DNA from: a virus | Lineage: Duplodnaviria; Caudoviricetes | Virus record (IMG/VR): IMGVR_UViG_3300025530_000023 | Span: 1 to 41,941 of that record | Length of the DNA: 41,941 nucleotides | Strand: one strand, 5' to 3' | Part shown: in pieces, positions 28,124 to 37,266 of the stretch | How positions within the stretch are numbered: the first letter of the stretch is position 1 | How the letters are laid out: every line of letters starts with the position of its first letter | Notes under the pieces: generated by a model | Databases searched by the model: none | Told to the model about the DNA's origin: nothing | The model's input: the letters and a program-made list of their open reading frames with translations, nothing else | Made by a program: the position numbers and the translations under genes

Positions 28124-28319
28124 CATTTGAATCCGGATTCTTAATAATTGTAGTACCCTTTTTTATTTTCTTACGAAGGAGATTCAATGCAGATTTCAGG
28201 CAATTTTCATGTACATAGGCATTCAATTCTATATTATAAACAAGCTTTTCTTTCTGTTCAGGTTCATTGCAAAGCCAAAATTTTTTACTTCCGAAGTAAT
28301 GCATTCTAGCTCTGGCCAT
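28104..28319 (-). CDS. Small hypothetical protein (possible degenerate zinc finger)
   Basis: RBS AGGAGATG, WLC..HENC, early-type promoter upstream. Confidence 0.65.
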   Translation of the reverse strand: MARARMHYFGSKKFWLCNEPEQKEKLVYNIELNAYVHENCLKSALNLLRKKIKKGTTIIKNPDSNEKIQGE

Positions 28320-28357
28320 GGATATAGTATCATCTCCTATAAAATATAAAAAATGGT

Positions 28358-28372
28358 CAATTCAATAATATA
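28358..28372 (-). promoter_or_regulatory. Early-type promoter TATATTAT-N6-G
   Basis: Exact motif on the minus strand. Confidence 0.7.
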
Positions 28373-28539
28373 TGATTCCCAAGGGATTTATTAACACCCC
28401 TTGGGAAACGTTGTTTTCCTCCTTAATATTTTTAAAAATATTATTGACCTGTTTCAATATATTTTTCCCTTATATTTTATATTAAAACTAATAATAAAAT
28501 CATGATCTTGGATATTTTTAATTTAAAGGCGGTGAGAAA

Positions 28540-30717
28540 ATGCTTAAACGCCCATATAATAAATATGAAGAAAAATTCCATATACATTGGGAAACGTCCA
28601 ATACTTCATTCTTAAAAGTTGCCCTTCTTTTAAAGAAGGCTGGTATTGAAAATTACTATTTTATGCTAAAATTATATGACGAGGATCTGGTCAATATTGA
28701 TCCATATGATCCGGATATAACTCCTGAACAAATGGGCAAAGTTTTAGTAGAGGTTTCTAGAAACTATTATTATTTCCTTCGTGAAGTTGCAAGGGTTCCT
28801 GAAGAAGGTGCTTCGACCGAAGTTGGTGGTGGCAGCCCGTTCCAGCTCCACCGTGGCAATCTGGCTCAGGCGTTCTGTTTTGAGCATAATATAAGCCACT
28901 ATCTGGAACTCCCTCGCCAGTTCGGTAAAACCACTGGGGCAGTTCAAAGATATTTATGGCAATTCTCCTATGGTACGACTTCATCCACTACTATATTCAT
29001 GCATATGGACAAGGCCGGTTCGGTAGGCAACTTAACCCGTCTTAAAGATAGCAGATCCCTATTGCCTGAATATATGCAAATGGTATTTACCCTTGATGAA
29101 AAGACAGGTCAGCTTAAGAAAGATACGGATAACGTTAATGAAATTAGGAATAAGAAACTTAAGAATACCATTATCACCAGAGCAGGTGCCAGAAACGTCC
29201 AATCCGCTGAACGGGTTGGCCGGGGTCTTTCAGTTCCTTCTATCTGGTTTGATGAGTTTAACTTTATACTTCTTAACGAAACTATTCATGCCGCTGCTAT
29301 CCCGGCATTCTCTAAAGCATCTGAAAACGCTGCTAAGAACGGAAAACCGTTTGCTATATGTATAACCAGTACTCCTGGAGACCTTGGCACAGCACATGGT
29401 GCTTACGGATTTGATTTAAAAGAAAAAGCTGCCAGATTTACCGAATCGTTGTACGATATGGAACCAGACGAAATAAAGGTCTGGCTCCAAAAGAATTCAA
29501 GTAACGAAATGGTATATATCTCATTCTCTTACTTACAATTGGGTAAGAATAGAGAATGGTTTGAAGATCAATGCAGACGGATGAACCATAACTGGTTAAA
29601 GATCCGTCGTGAACTTCTTCTCCAATGGAACAAAGCATCTAATAACTCGCCGTTCTTACCTGAGGATATCGATGAGCTGGAAATCATGTCGATTCCGGCA
29701 ATCGAAACGCTTAAGATTAATAAGTACTATGAGGTTCTCATATATAGAAAATATGATCCCTATAAACGCTACCTCATAGGTGTCGACGTTTCTAAGGGTA
29801 TTGGTCGCGACTCAACTGCAGTAGCAATTGTTGATTCACAAACCCTTGAAATAGTAGGCCTGTTTATAAATAATACTATTAGATCTAAAGAGCTTAAGAG
29901 ATTCTTATTAACTCTTGTACTTGATCACTTCCCGAACTCTGTACTGATTATAGAAAATAACAATATTGGCGATGCAATAATTGAAGATCTTAGACATACT
30001 GCATTAAAACATCATCTCTATTATGATTATGCTATAAGACTTGCTGAAGAAAAACGCAAAGATGGCATAATTCAAAAGAAGCAAAAGAATAGAATTATTT
30101 ATGGTCATGAAGTAACTTCCGTCACCCGTCCAAGAATGATGGAGTTGTTACTTCAGTTTGTTTCTAAACACAAAGAGAAGATTAATGCAAAAGAACTTGT
30201 TGACCAAATTCGTCACCTCGAATATAAGAATGACAACAGGATTGAACACGCTTCAGGGCAACACGACGACGCAGTATTTGCATACCTTGCTTGTATCTAC
30301 ATCATGTTCTATGGAAAGAATCTTGCAAGGTTTGGTTTGTTTAATCCTTATAATTTTGATGGTTCTGAAATTCAAGAGAAAAATCATGGTGAAGATAAGA
30401 TTGGTAAAATATTTAAGAGACTTCATGTTCAGAGAGCTATTAAAGATAATCCATTCCTGGCTGGTTTGTTTGAAGATTTATTAACTATTGAAGATGAAGA
30501 TCGTGCAATTCAGCAAGAAATATTTGATATTGAAGCTAGTGATGATGGAACAAGCACATTATATCAATCTGATGGATTTTCAAGATCAAAAATTAAGAAG
30601 AATGCGTTTAGAGAACTTAATGCAAGAGCGTCTGGAAGAATGTTTAATGGTTTAGGTAGTTCTAAGAGTACGTTGTTCGGTGTTTCCGATAAATACTCAG
30701 GGAGTTCCTGGTGGTAG
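28540..30717 (+). CDS. terL: Terminase large subunit
   Basis: PRQFGKT (Walker A), WFDE (Walker B), TSTP, GVDVSKG, IENN, HDD. Confidence 0.93.
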   Translation: MLKRPYNKYEEKFHIHWETSNTSFLKVALLLKKAGIENYYFMLKLYDEDLVNIDPYDPDITPEQMGKVLVEVSRNYYYFLREVARVPEEGASTEVGGGSPFQLHRGNLAQAFCFEHNISHYLELPRQFGKTTGAVQRYLWQFSYGTTSSTTIFMHMDKAGSVGNLTRLKDSRSLLPEYMQMVFTLDEKTGQLKKDTDNVNEIRNKKLKNTIITRAGARNVQSAERVGRGLSVPSIWFDEFNFILLNETIHAAAIPAFSKASENAAKNGKPFAICITSTPGDLGTAHGAYGFDLKEKAARFTESLYDMEPDEIKVWLQKNSSNEMVYISFSYLQLGKNREWFEDQCRRMNHNWLKIRRELLLQWNKASNNSPFLPEDIDELEIMSIPAIETLKINKYYEVLIYRKYDPYKRYLIGVDVSKGIGRDSTAVAIVDSQTLEIVGLFINNTIRSKELKRFLLTLVLDHFPNSVLIIENNNIGDAIIEDLRHTALKHHLYYDYAIRLAEEKRKDGIIQKKQKNRIIYGHEVTSVTRPRMMELLLQFVSKHKEKINAKELVDQIRHLEYKNDNRIEHASGQHDDAVFAYLACIYIMFYGKNLARFGLFNPYNFDGSEIQEKNHGEDKIGKIFKRLHVQRAIKDNPFLAGLFEDLLTIEDEDRAIQQEIFDIEASDDGTSTLYQSDGFSRSKIKKNAFRELNARASGRMFNGLGSSKSTLFGVSDKYSGSSWW

Positions 30718-30724
30718 AAAAATT

Positions 30725-30761
30725 ATATGGTCTAGGAGAATAACTCCTAGACCATATTTTT
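30725..30761 (+). terminator. Intrinsic terminator
   Basis: ATATGGTCTAGGAG..CTCCTAGACCATAT followed by TTTT. Confidence 0.88.
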
Positions 30762-30821
30762 ACATATAAAAATATTATCATTAAACCATAGTATTAGTAT
30801 ACACAGATGGAGGGGAGAATT

Positions 30822-31595
30822 ATGGTAGACCTTGAGTTCGATGATGGTCCACAGAATAGTACCAACGTACGGACTATCATAGAATTCATAGACAACGAAT
30901 TCTATACTGAAGCCATAAAAGAGCAAATTTTTGAAGGTATCGATTGCAATAATGTTGACTACATTGAACAATTCAGAATGAAGATCGAAGAAATTTCTGA
31001 AAAATATGATGAGGATGATTATCAATCCGTTATTCTTTTTGAGGAAGAATTATATAGAAATGTAATTTCGTGGATTCAAGATAAGTATAATATAGAAATT
31101 GAATATGATGATGACTCTTTAAAGGCTGTTGCTTATGATATGTATAAATTCTTCGTTGTTGAACTTAAAAATATAACTACGTCATTCTTACTTAATTATA
31201 TAATCGAGAACTATAATTATATCATTTCCGGAATCCCGGAAGAAAATCTTAATAAGCAAGTAATAGAAAGGCTTGAACCAGATAAAGAACCTAACAAGTA
31301 TATTGCTGTAAGTAATATTAATGAACTAATCAAACAGGTAAGTCTCCTTGATTTTGATTTTGAGACATTTATTAGGTATGCTTCAAAGTCAGGAGACATT
31401 GACTCTTTCTCAGAAAGAGATGAAGACGGCACTCCTTCTATCTCATGGAAATTCATTGATGAGGGAGAATTTGTCCAAAAAGTTCTTAGACAAATTGCTG
31501 ATGGTGAGTATGACAGGACTATAATTTTGTCAATCACAGATAATCTTATCTCTTCTTTTGATATCAACATAACGCTGGACGAGGAGAATGAATAA
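30822..31595 (+). CDS. Hypothetical acidic protein
   Basis: RBS GGAGGGG precedes ATG 30822 (preferred over track start 30807). Confidence 0.8.
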   Translation: MVDLEFDDGPQNSTNVRTIIEFIDNEFYTEAIKEQIFEGIDCNNVDYIEQFRMKIEEISEKYDEDDYQSVILFEEELYRNVISWIQDKYNIEIEYDDDSLKAVAYDMYKFFVVELKNITTSFLLNYIIENYNYIISGIPEENLNKQVIERLEPDKEPNKYIAVSNINELIKQVSLLDFDFETFIRYASKSGDIDSFSERDEDGTPSISWKFIDEGEFVQKVLRQIADGEYDRTIILSITDNLISSFDINITLDEENE

Positions 31596-33052
31596 TGGTA
31601 AAAAGGAAAAATACCACCAAAAAAAAAGCAACTGCAGAAGCAACTGTCGAAACCAATCCTCCTGTTCCTTACAATGTAATGGCTTCAAACCAGGAGCCTA
31701 CTCCTATTAAAGCTTTTACTGAAGAAGGGGATATTTTTGAAGGGAAATCCCGTGAAGATATTATCGAAGAACTCGGTAAAACCGGTGTGGATATGGAAGA
31801 GGCAACCGGCGTGGTTGTAGAAGATGGTGTAACAGGAGAAAAAATTCCTGGTTTTGCAAAAGATCTTCCTAAAATAAATTCGCTCCAAGAACTGGAGCCT
31901 GAGAATATTAAGAAATTTTTGTCAAATATGGTTAAGCAAAATCTTCAAGTTCTTATTCCTGAAGACCTCACTGATGAAGAAGCCGAAGAAATTATCAATT
32001 CCATTGAAAAGAAAATCATTAGTCTCGACAGGAAGGAAATCAAAAACCTCGATCCGGTTGAGATTAAGAATATTTATGGAAGTGAAGTATTTAATCAAAT
32101 CAAGAAATTCAATCCCACTGATTATGTAAAACTTGCTAGGAAACTTCTTGTAGATTTTAAAGACGGAATTGTTGAGTATCAAGATATTATTGATGCAACT
32201 GAAGAAATCAATCGTCACATTAAATTCTTTCAAGATCTCGATGTCGATAATGTTCAGAAAGGGATTAGAGAGACAATTGAAAATGACTCAGAAAATTATC
32301 CTACTGAATTCCATAAATATAAGAAATATTTGGAGATGTATCTTGATTATCTTAATAGTAAAGAGGGTTATGAAAATAACCCCTTCATGGAGAAAGAAAA
32401 AGAAGTCACTGCACAGAAAATTAGAGCTGTTGAAGAAGCTCTTGATTTCAGACATATTTATAGTAAATGTGAAAATGGTAAGCAAAAGATTCTTAGGGAT
32501 TTCAAGACTCCTCAAGTTCTAAATAAAGCAATCTTTGATTTCATTGGGAAACTCAGCAATGATAATTCCATTAATATAGCATTCCCAATTCCTGCAAACT
32601 TTAATGTTAAAGTAAATGCATCTGAAGCTCTTACAGCAGTATGGATTACGTTCCTTGAAATGTCTATCTTGAGAGGTAAATTCGAAAATATCAAAAATAT
32701 TACCCCCTCTGAATATGTAGAAATGGTACAGATTATTAGAGGAGAAACGCCTAAGAAATCTGATAAAAAGAAGAAAGATGAAAATGTTAAAACTGAGGAT
32801 GGTATCGATATTAAGAAATTTGTAGAGGAAAATAATATTACTATTGACGATGTAAGCTATTCCCGGAAAGCTGCAATTGCAGTTTCTTACATTATTGCGA
32901 GAACATTTAAACCAACTGTCATTAATAATAGCACTCATATGAAATACGTTCTTTCTTATACTATGAAACTTTTGACTCAAAGTTTTGTTCATGATGGATG
33001 CAATAAATTGCTTCTCGAATTGGTTAATGGAGTCAAGGAACGTTTAGAATAA
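31595..33052 (+). CDS. Hypothetical protein
   Basis: 485 aa, TAATG-coupled to the upstream gene, RBS GAGGAG. Confidence 0.85.
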   Translation: MVKRKNTTKKKATAEATVETNPPVPYNVMASNQEPTPIKAFTEEGDIFEGKSREDIIEELGKTGVDMEEATGVVVEDGVTGEKIPGFAKDLPKINSLQELEPENIKKFLSNMVKQNLQVLIPEDLTDEEAEEIINSIEKKIISLDRKEIKNLDPVEIKNIYGSEVFNQIKKFNPTDYVKLARKLLVDFKDGIVEYQDIIDATEEINRHIKFFQDLDVDNVQKGIRETIENDSENYPTEFHKYKKYLEMYLDYLNSKEGYENNPFMEKEKEVTAQKIRAVEEALDFRHIYSKCENGKQKILRDFKTPQVLNKAIFDFIGKLSNDNSINIAFPIPANFNVKVNASEALTAVWITFLEMSILRGKFENIKNITPSEYVEMVQIIRGETPKKSDKKKKDENVKTEDGIDIKKFVEENNITIDDVSYSRKAAIAVSYIIARTFKPTVINNSTHMKYVLSYTMKLLTQSFVHDGCNKLLLELVNGVKERLE

Positions 33053-33080
33053 TTAACGCACTTAATATCATTATTGATTA

Positions 33081-33125
33081 TATATTATTGAAATGAGCCG
33101 CAACCGGGAATCCTGGTTGCGGTTT
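33081..33125 (+). promoter_or_regulatory. Early-type promoter plus 5' hairpin
   Basis: TATATTAT-N6-G(33095); CCGCAACCGGG-AAT-CCTGGTTGCGG. Confidence 0.7.
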
Positions 33126-33160
33126 CTAATTCTATAAGCTCACAAGAGGGGTGAACAACA

Positions 33161-33682
33161 TTGTCTAACATTAAAAGTATGATTAGAAGATTCGTTGTAA
33201 ATATTATTAACAGATTCACTAAAAAAGGATATACCGAGGAAGAATTGGAAGAATTCAGAAAATTGGTTGAGATTATGATACATAATGAAGCTCCTATAAT
33301 ATTAAGGGAACTCGGGATACATGAAGATGAGTGGAATTACAAACATAGGATTCGTCTATATTGGGAAGGACCGAGAAAAAATAGAACAGGATTTACAGGT
33401 ATTCTCGACGATGGAGAATTTTCATTTGGAACTGTAAATGTCCATCTGTACGTGAGAAACATATTGAGAACCAATAAGTACAATAATTTCCCCAAATCTT
33501 TTATTCATACACTCGCACATGAACTGAAACACGTTCAGCAAATAAAGAACGGGTATGATGTAACCGGATATATAAGACCTGAAGATGATATCGAAGGATA
33601 TAAAACACAGGATATAGAAATAGAGGCTGAGGAATTCGCACGAAATTACGTTCTTAAAAGATTTAGGAAGTTAGCCGGTTAA
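33161..33682 (+). CDS. Zincin-type metallopeptidase
   Basis: TLAHELKHVQQ (HExxH) and downstream EIEAEEFA. Confidence 0.8.
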   Translation: MSNIKSMIRRFVVNIINRFTKKGYTEEELEEFRKLVEIMIHNEAPIILRELGIHEDEWNYKHRIRLYWEGPRKNRTGFTGILDDGEFSFGTVNVHLYVRNILRTNKYNNFPKSFIHTLAHELKHVQQIKNGYDVTGYIRPEDDIEGYKTQDIEIEAEEFARNYVLKRFRKLAG

Positions 33683-33704
33683 TCCGGCTAACTTCTTTTT
33701 TTTT
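33667..33704 (+). terminator. Intrinsic terminator
   Basis: GAAGTTAGCCGG..CCGGCTAACTTC followed by a T run. Confidence 0.9.
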
Positions 33705-33723
33705 TCTATTACTTTATTATGAA

Positions 33724-33735
33724 AACACCTGAATA
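33724..33735 (+). promoter_or_regulatory. Late-type promoter AACA-N6-TA
   Basis: AACA-CCTGAA-TA. Confidence 0.65.
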
Positions 33736-33759
33736 AATCAATAAGAGAGGAGAAGTAGA

Positions 33760-34494
33760 ATGTCTTCTTTAGATAAACAGTATTTCGAACAAACTGAGTC
33801 ATCTATACTATTGAATACTTACAAATGTGAAATTTTTGTTCCAGAGAGTTATTTTGAATCGAAGTTGGCAGTTCAAGATGGAGAAATATATAATTTATTT
33901 TTTATAGTAAAATATAAATTATATCATAGTGAAAATGATTCTGGGCAAAAGAATTATGGAGATTTTCTCTTCCCGTCTATTGTAACTACAAAACCTGACA
34001 GCGTAGATTCAGCAGAGCTGGATATTTATGGAGAGATGGAAAAATTCCGTGTATTCACCTACTATAAAGGGTCTCCTATATTGAATAATAGATTTATAGT
34101 AAAAACATCTATAATGGTTGAAAGATTCGTAAGTTTAAGAAACGATGGAAAGATTAGAGCTTTCTATGGGAAGATTCCCGATATAGAAAATAAAGTACAA
34201 AAAATCCATGATACAAAATTAGGCATCCCTCAATATATTCAACAACTTACTATTTCTGAGGTTTATAGAGATAGAAACGATTATTCAAGACCTTCAAGAC
34301 TTGTGCTCACATCTCAAGATAGAGATAATTCAAAAATTAGAGCTCTTAATATGAGAGAGAACTCCGCATTTACTTCTACTTTGGCTGGTATAGGGTTTGA
34401 GGACGTTAAATCAATGCTCACTGTCGCTGACAATAGAGACGACAGAAATGTCAAAACAATAAGCCCTATAGAGAAAGTTATAAAAGGTATCTAA
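33760..34494 (+). CDS. RNA polymerase beta' extreme C-terminal fragment (probable virion RNAP subunit)
   Basis: IQQLTISEVYR..TSTLAGIGFEDVKSMLTVA..SPIEKVI parallels beta' HIEVIVRQM..SFISAASFQETTRVLTEAA..LKENVI. Confidence 0.6.
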   Translation: MSSLDKQYFEQTESSILLNTYKCEIFVPESYFESKLAVQDGEIYNLFFIVKYKLYHSENDSGQKNYGDFLFPSIVTTKPDSVDSAELDIYGEMEKFRVFTYYKGSPILNNRFIVKTSIMVERFVSLRNDGKIRAFYGKIPDIENKVQKIHDTKLGIPQYIQQLTISEVYRDRNDYSRPSRLVLTSQDRDNSKIRALNMRENSAFTSTLAGIGFEDVKSMLTVADNRDDRNVKTISPIEKVIKGI

Positions 34495-34502
34495 CTAAAA
34501 TC

Positions 34503-34535
34503 AACACCTATATAGGGTTTACCAACAATGAATTA
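34503..34535 (+). promoter_or_regulatory. Two tandem late-type promoter motifs
   Basis: AACA-CCTATA-TA (34503) and AACA-ATGAAT-TA (34524). Confidence 0.6.
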
Positions 34536-34573
34536 AATACTAATTTACTCTGTAAAGAGGAGGGTTTTCACAG

Positions 34574-36358
34574 ATGTTCGATAGAATTGTCCTTGTCGAC
34601 CAATCAACTTTCACTCCGGCACCAACAGCCGTGGCTTCACCGGATCGGCCCCGTGCATTTATTCCGATCTTCTCAACGAAGGGTTTCGGCAAAGACGATG
34701 AAGTGAAACTTTTCGAAGCCTATAACCACGGCACCCTTGTAAAGAACTATGGTAATCCTAACATTCTTATCACTCTTGCTCCGCTGTATTACGCTTATGA
34801 ATTCCTGCGGGGTGGCGGCGATGTCTATATTCGTCGTATTGTATCGGCGACTGCCACCCATGCCCATATTGTCATCGTAGCAAAAGTCCGGTTCCCATCC
34901 GAGGGTGCGAACGAAGGTAAAGCTGAAGTTATCTTCGAAAACCGGACTCTGAACAGCGCTACGGATCTGGAAACTATGATTACTGATGCTGAAGATCTTC
35001 TGAATCTTACTCCGGATGCTGATGGATTCGTAGTTTATCCGATTGCTATCACGGGCGTGAGCTGGAAGGGCGTTGAAGGTAACAAGTATACCATCCGCCT
35101 TATTCCTAATACGTCCCTGGATAAGCAAATCGATCAAAAAGCATATACCCTTGAAACGCGTGAATCCGCTTCGTCATCTCCGAAGTCGGTCGGTTTCACG
35201 TTTGATGAAAATGCTACTCTTGACGGCCAAAGCATCTATGCTAACGATATTTTTGAAGAACAATCTCCTAACGTATTCTTCAATGTTCTTTCGACCTATT
35301 CTCAATTCATTGAAGCTATTAAGGATTACATTCCGGAAGGAGAAATCGGTCGTCCTGACATTTTCTTCGGTCGGGATAAATCCGGTAATATCTATCCGGA
35401 TTATGTAATTCTGAATACTTCAGTTGATTACACCGTTTCCGGCGGTATCGCTATGCAAGGTGGTAGCGATGGAAGCTTTGCGGTCGACCAAGCGAACCGT
35501 GAAGATAGCATGATGGAACGGTATGTTGAATCATTTGATGAAATGCCGACCCAAATGCTCGAAAATGAATATAAATATTTCATTGACTATGTATTTGACT
35601 TCGGTGCTCCGCAGGAAGTCAAGGATGCGATTATTGGGTTTACTCAACGTCGCAAGACTACTAAGGCTATTATCGATACAGGTCTCAACAATAAGACGGT
35701 AACGTCAATTGTAAATGCACGGGTTAGCGGCGGTGTCACTTACAGCAATGAAAGTGCCACTATTGTCAGCGGCGTTGCTGCTTACCGCGATCCGTTTACG
35801 AATAAGAAGATTATGATGCCGCTTTCCTTCTTCGAAGCATTTGCTGTTCCGAACCACATCAGCATGTACGAAGGCGGAGCGCGTCCGTTTGCTGGAGCAA
35901 ATTACACCTATGACAATATGATTCCTGGCACGTACCAGCCGATTATTTATGATGAAAATAGCGATTCGGCTAGAAAGCTGGTTGACAATCAAATCAACTT
36001 CGCTGTCGAAGACGCTAATACTTATCAAGCATTCCATCAGACGACTTCTCTTAAAGTTCGTTCCCTCGGACTGGGTGAGCGCAACAACGTTCATCTGCTC
36101 CATCTCATGATTCGTCTGTGTCTGCTGGAAGCTAAAGCCGAGCGCTGGAACTTCCTTGAGGATGCAGATATTGAACGTTATGGTTCCCGTATTCAACAAC
36201 GCCTTGAAATTGCAATGCAAGGCAAAGTCGGCGAACTCAGTATTCAAACTGAGCGGGCTGGCCAATATGGAGAAGATCGTAATCGTGTCAACGTTACGAT
36301 CAATGTCCGCTTCAAGAATATTAATAAGGGTACTACGTTTACCTTTACGATTAACTAA
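34574..36358 (+). CDS. Tail sheath protein
   Basis: N-terminal DQS, KG, YGNP, FLRGGGDVYIRRI, GGSDG; C-terminal sheath-like fold pattern; precedes the tube gene. Confidence 0.85.
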   Translation: MFDRIVLVDQSTFTPAPTAVASPDRPRAFIPIFSTKGFGKDDEVKLFEAYNHGTLVKNYGNPNILITLAPLYYAYEFLRGGGDVYIRRIVSATATHAHIVIVAKVRFPSEGANEGKAEVIFENRTLNSATDLETMITDAEDLLNLTPDADGFVVYPIAITGVSWKGVEGNKYTIRLIPNTSLDKQIDQKAYTLETRESASSSPKSVGFTFDENATLDGQSIYANDIFEEQSPNVFFNVLSTYSQFIEAIKDYIPEGEIGRPDIFFGRDKSGNIYPDYVILNTSVDYTVSGGIAMQGGSDGSFAVDQANREDSMMERYVESFDEMPTQMLENEYKYFIDYVFDFGAPQEVKDAIIGFTQRRKTTKAIIDTGLNNKTVTSIVNARVSGGVTYSNESATIVSGVAAYRDPFTNKKIMMPLSFFEAFAVPNHISMYEGGARPFAGANYTYDNMIPGTYQPIIYDENSDSARKLVDNQINFAVEDANTYQAFHQTTSLKVRSLGLGERNNVHLLHLMIRLCLLEAKAERWNFLEDADIERYGSRIQQRLEIAMQGKVGELSIQTERAGQYGEDRNRVNVTINVRFKNINKGTTFTFTIN

Positions 36359-36388
36359 TTAAAACAACCAACGGGGAGGTAAAAATAT

Positions 36389-37213
36389 ATGTCAGAAGTC
36401 CTTCAATCATATGCGCTTTGGCTGGGCGTCCCCAACCTTAGCAAAGAACAGCTCAAGAATTTCGACCCTGCATATACGGGATATGTCCATATCTTCGTTA
36501 TCAGGGTTCCGGAAGTTCTGAAAGAGCATGACAAACATTTCAGCACCAAACACTCCCAGAACTTCAAGGCAATTTTTGAGCGTCTTTCTACCAGTGTTAG
36601 CGGTCTTCCTGAAATTACCGTAAACTATCAAGATCAAGTCCATGGTTTTGCTGACCGTAAAGTTCCTCATGCTACGAATATTGAAAGCAACTTTGATACG
36701 ATTACGATTCGTACTCTTGAATTCAAGGGTCTCCCGACATATACTATGATTCAAGACTGGCTCACTCTGGTCGGTGGCGATGAAATCAGTAAGATCAAAG
36801 ACTACAAGGGCATGGCATCGTATATGGCCGGTGGTTATTCTCTTGAAAATCATACAGCATCATTCATTATTTGTACCACGAATCCTGAAATGACTGCAAT
36901 CCAAGGGCGTGCTCACTATATCACGGCTGCAATGCCGGTTTCCCTCCCAAGGGAAATCTACCACATGAATGCTGGTGAAATCTCCATTGTGGAAGGGCAT
37001 GATATCTCCATGCGGGGTGTCATGAGATACGGCCCGGAAATCAACAAGAAAGCTCTTGAACTTCTGATTGAGCGGAAGAAAGTCATCAACTACTACGCAT
37101 CTACCGCTTACCGCATGAATGCTCAGGGCAAATACGGCGTTATCGAAAATCCGTACCACAACGGCGGCCCGCTCAACGGCGAAACCATTCAGGCGCAAAC
37201 GTCGCTCATTTAA
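36389..37213 (+). CDS. Tail tube protein
   Basis: Follows the sheath gene; SVSGLPEIT, ITIRTLE, IQDW, AMPVS pattern; highly expressed codon bias. Confidence 0.7.
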   Translation: MSEVLQSYALWLGVPNLSKEQLKNFDPAYTGYVHIFVIRVPEVLKEHDKHFSTKHSQNFKAIFERLSTSVSGLPEITVNYQDQVHGFADRKVPHATNIESNFDTITIRTLEFKGLPTYTMIQDWLTLVGGDEISKIKDYKGMASYMAGGYSLENHTASFIICTTNPEMTAIQGRAHYITAAMPVSLPREIYHMNAGEISIVEGHDISMRGVMRYGPEINKKALELLIERKKVINYYASTAYRMNAQGKYGVIENPYHNGGPLNGETIQAQTSLI

Positions 37214-37221
37214 CGGCGAAT

Positions 37222-37260
37222 CCCCATACCCCATCAGCTGGGGTATGGGGAATATTTTTT
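37222..37260. terminator. Terminator between convergent genes
   Basis: CCCCATACCCCA..TGGGGTATGGGG followed by AATATTTTTT. Confidence 0.85.
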
Positions 37261-37266
37261 CTCATA

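Noticed and set aside
34673-37234. Antisense ORFs over sheath and tube genes
   Set aside because: Shadow ORFs with no RBS or recognisable motifs.
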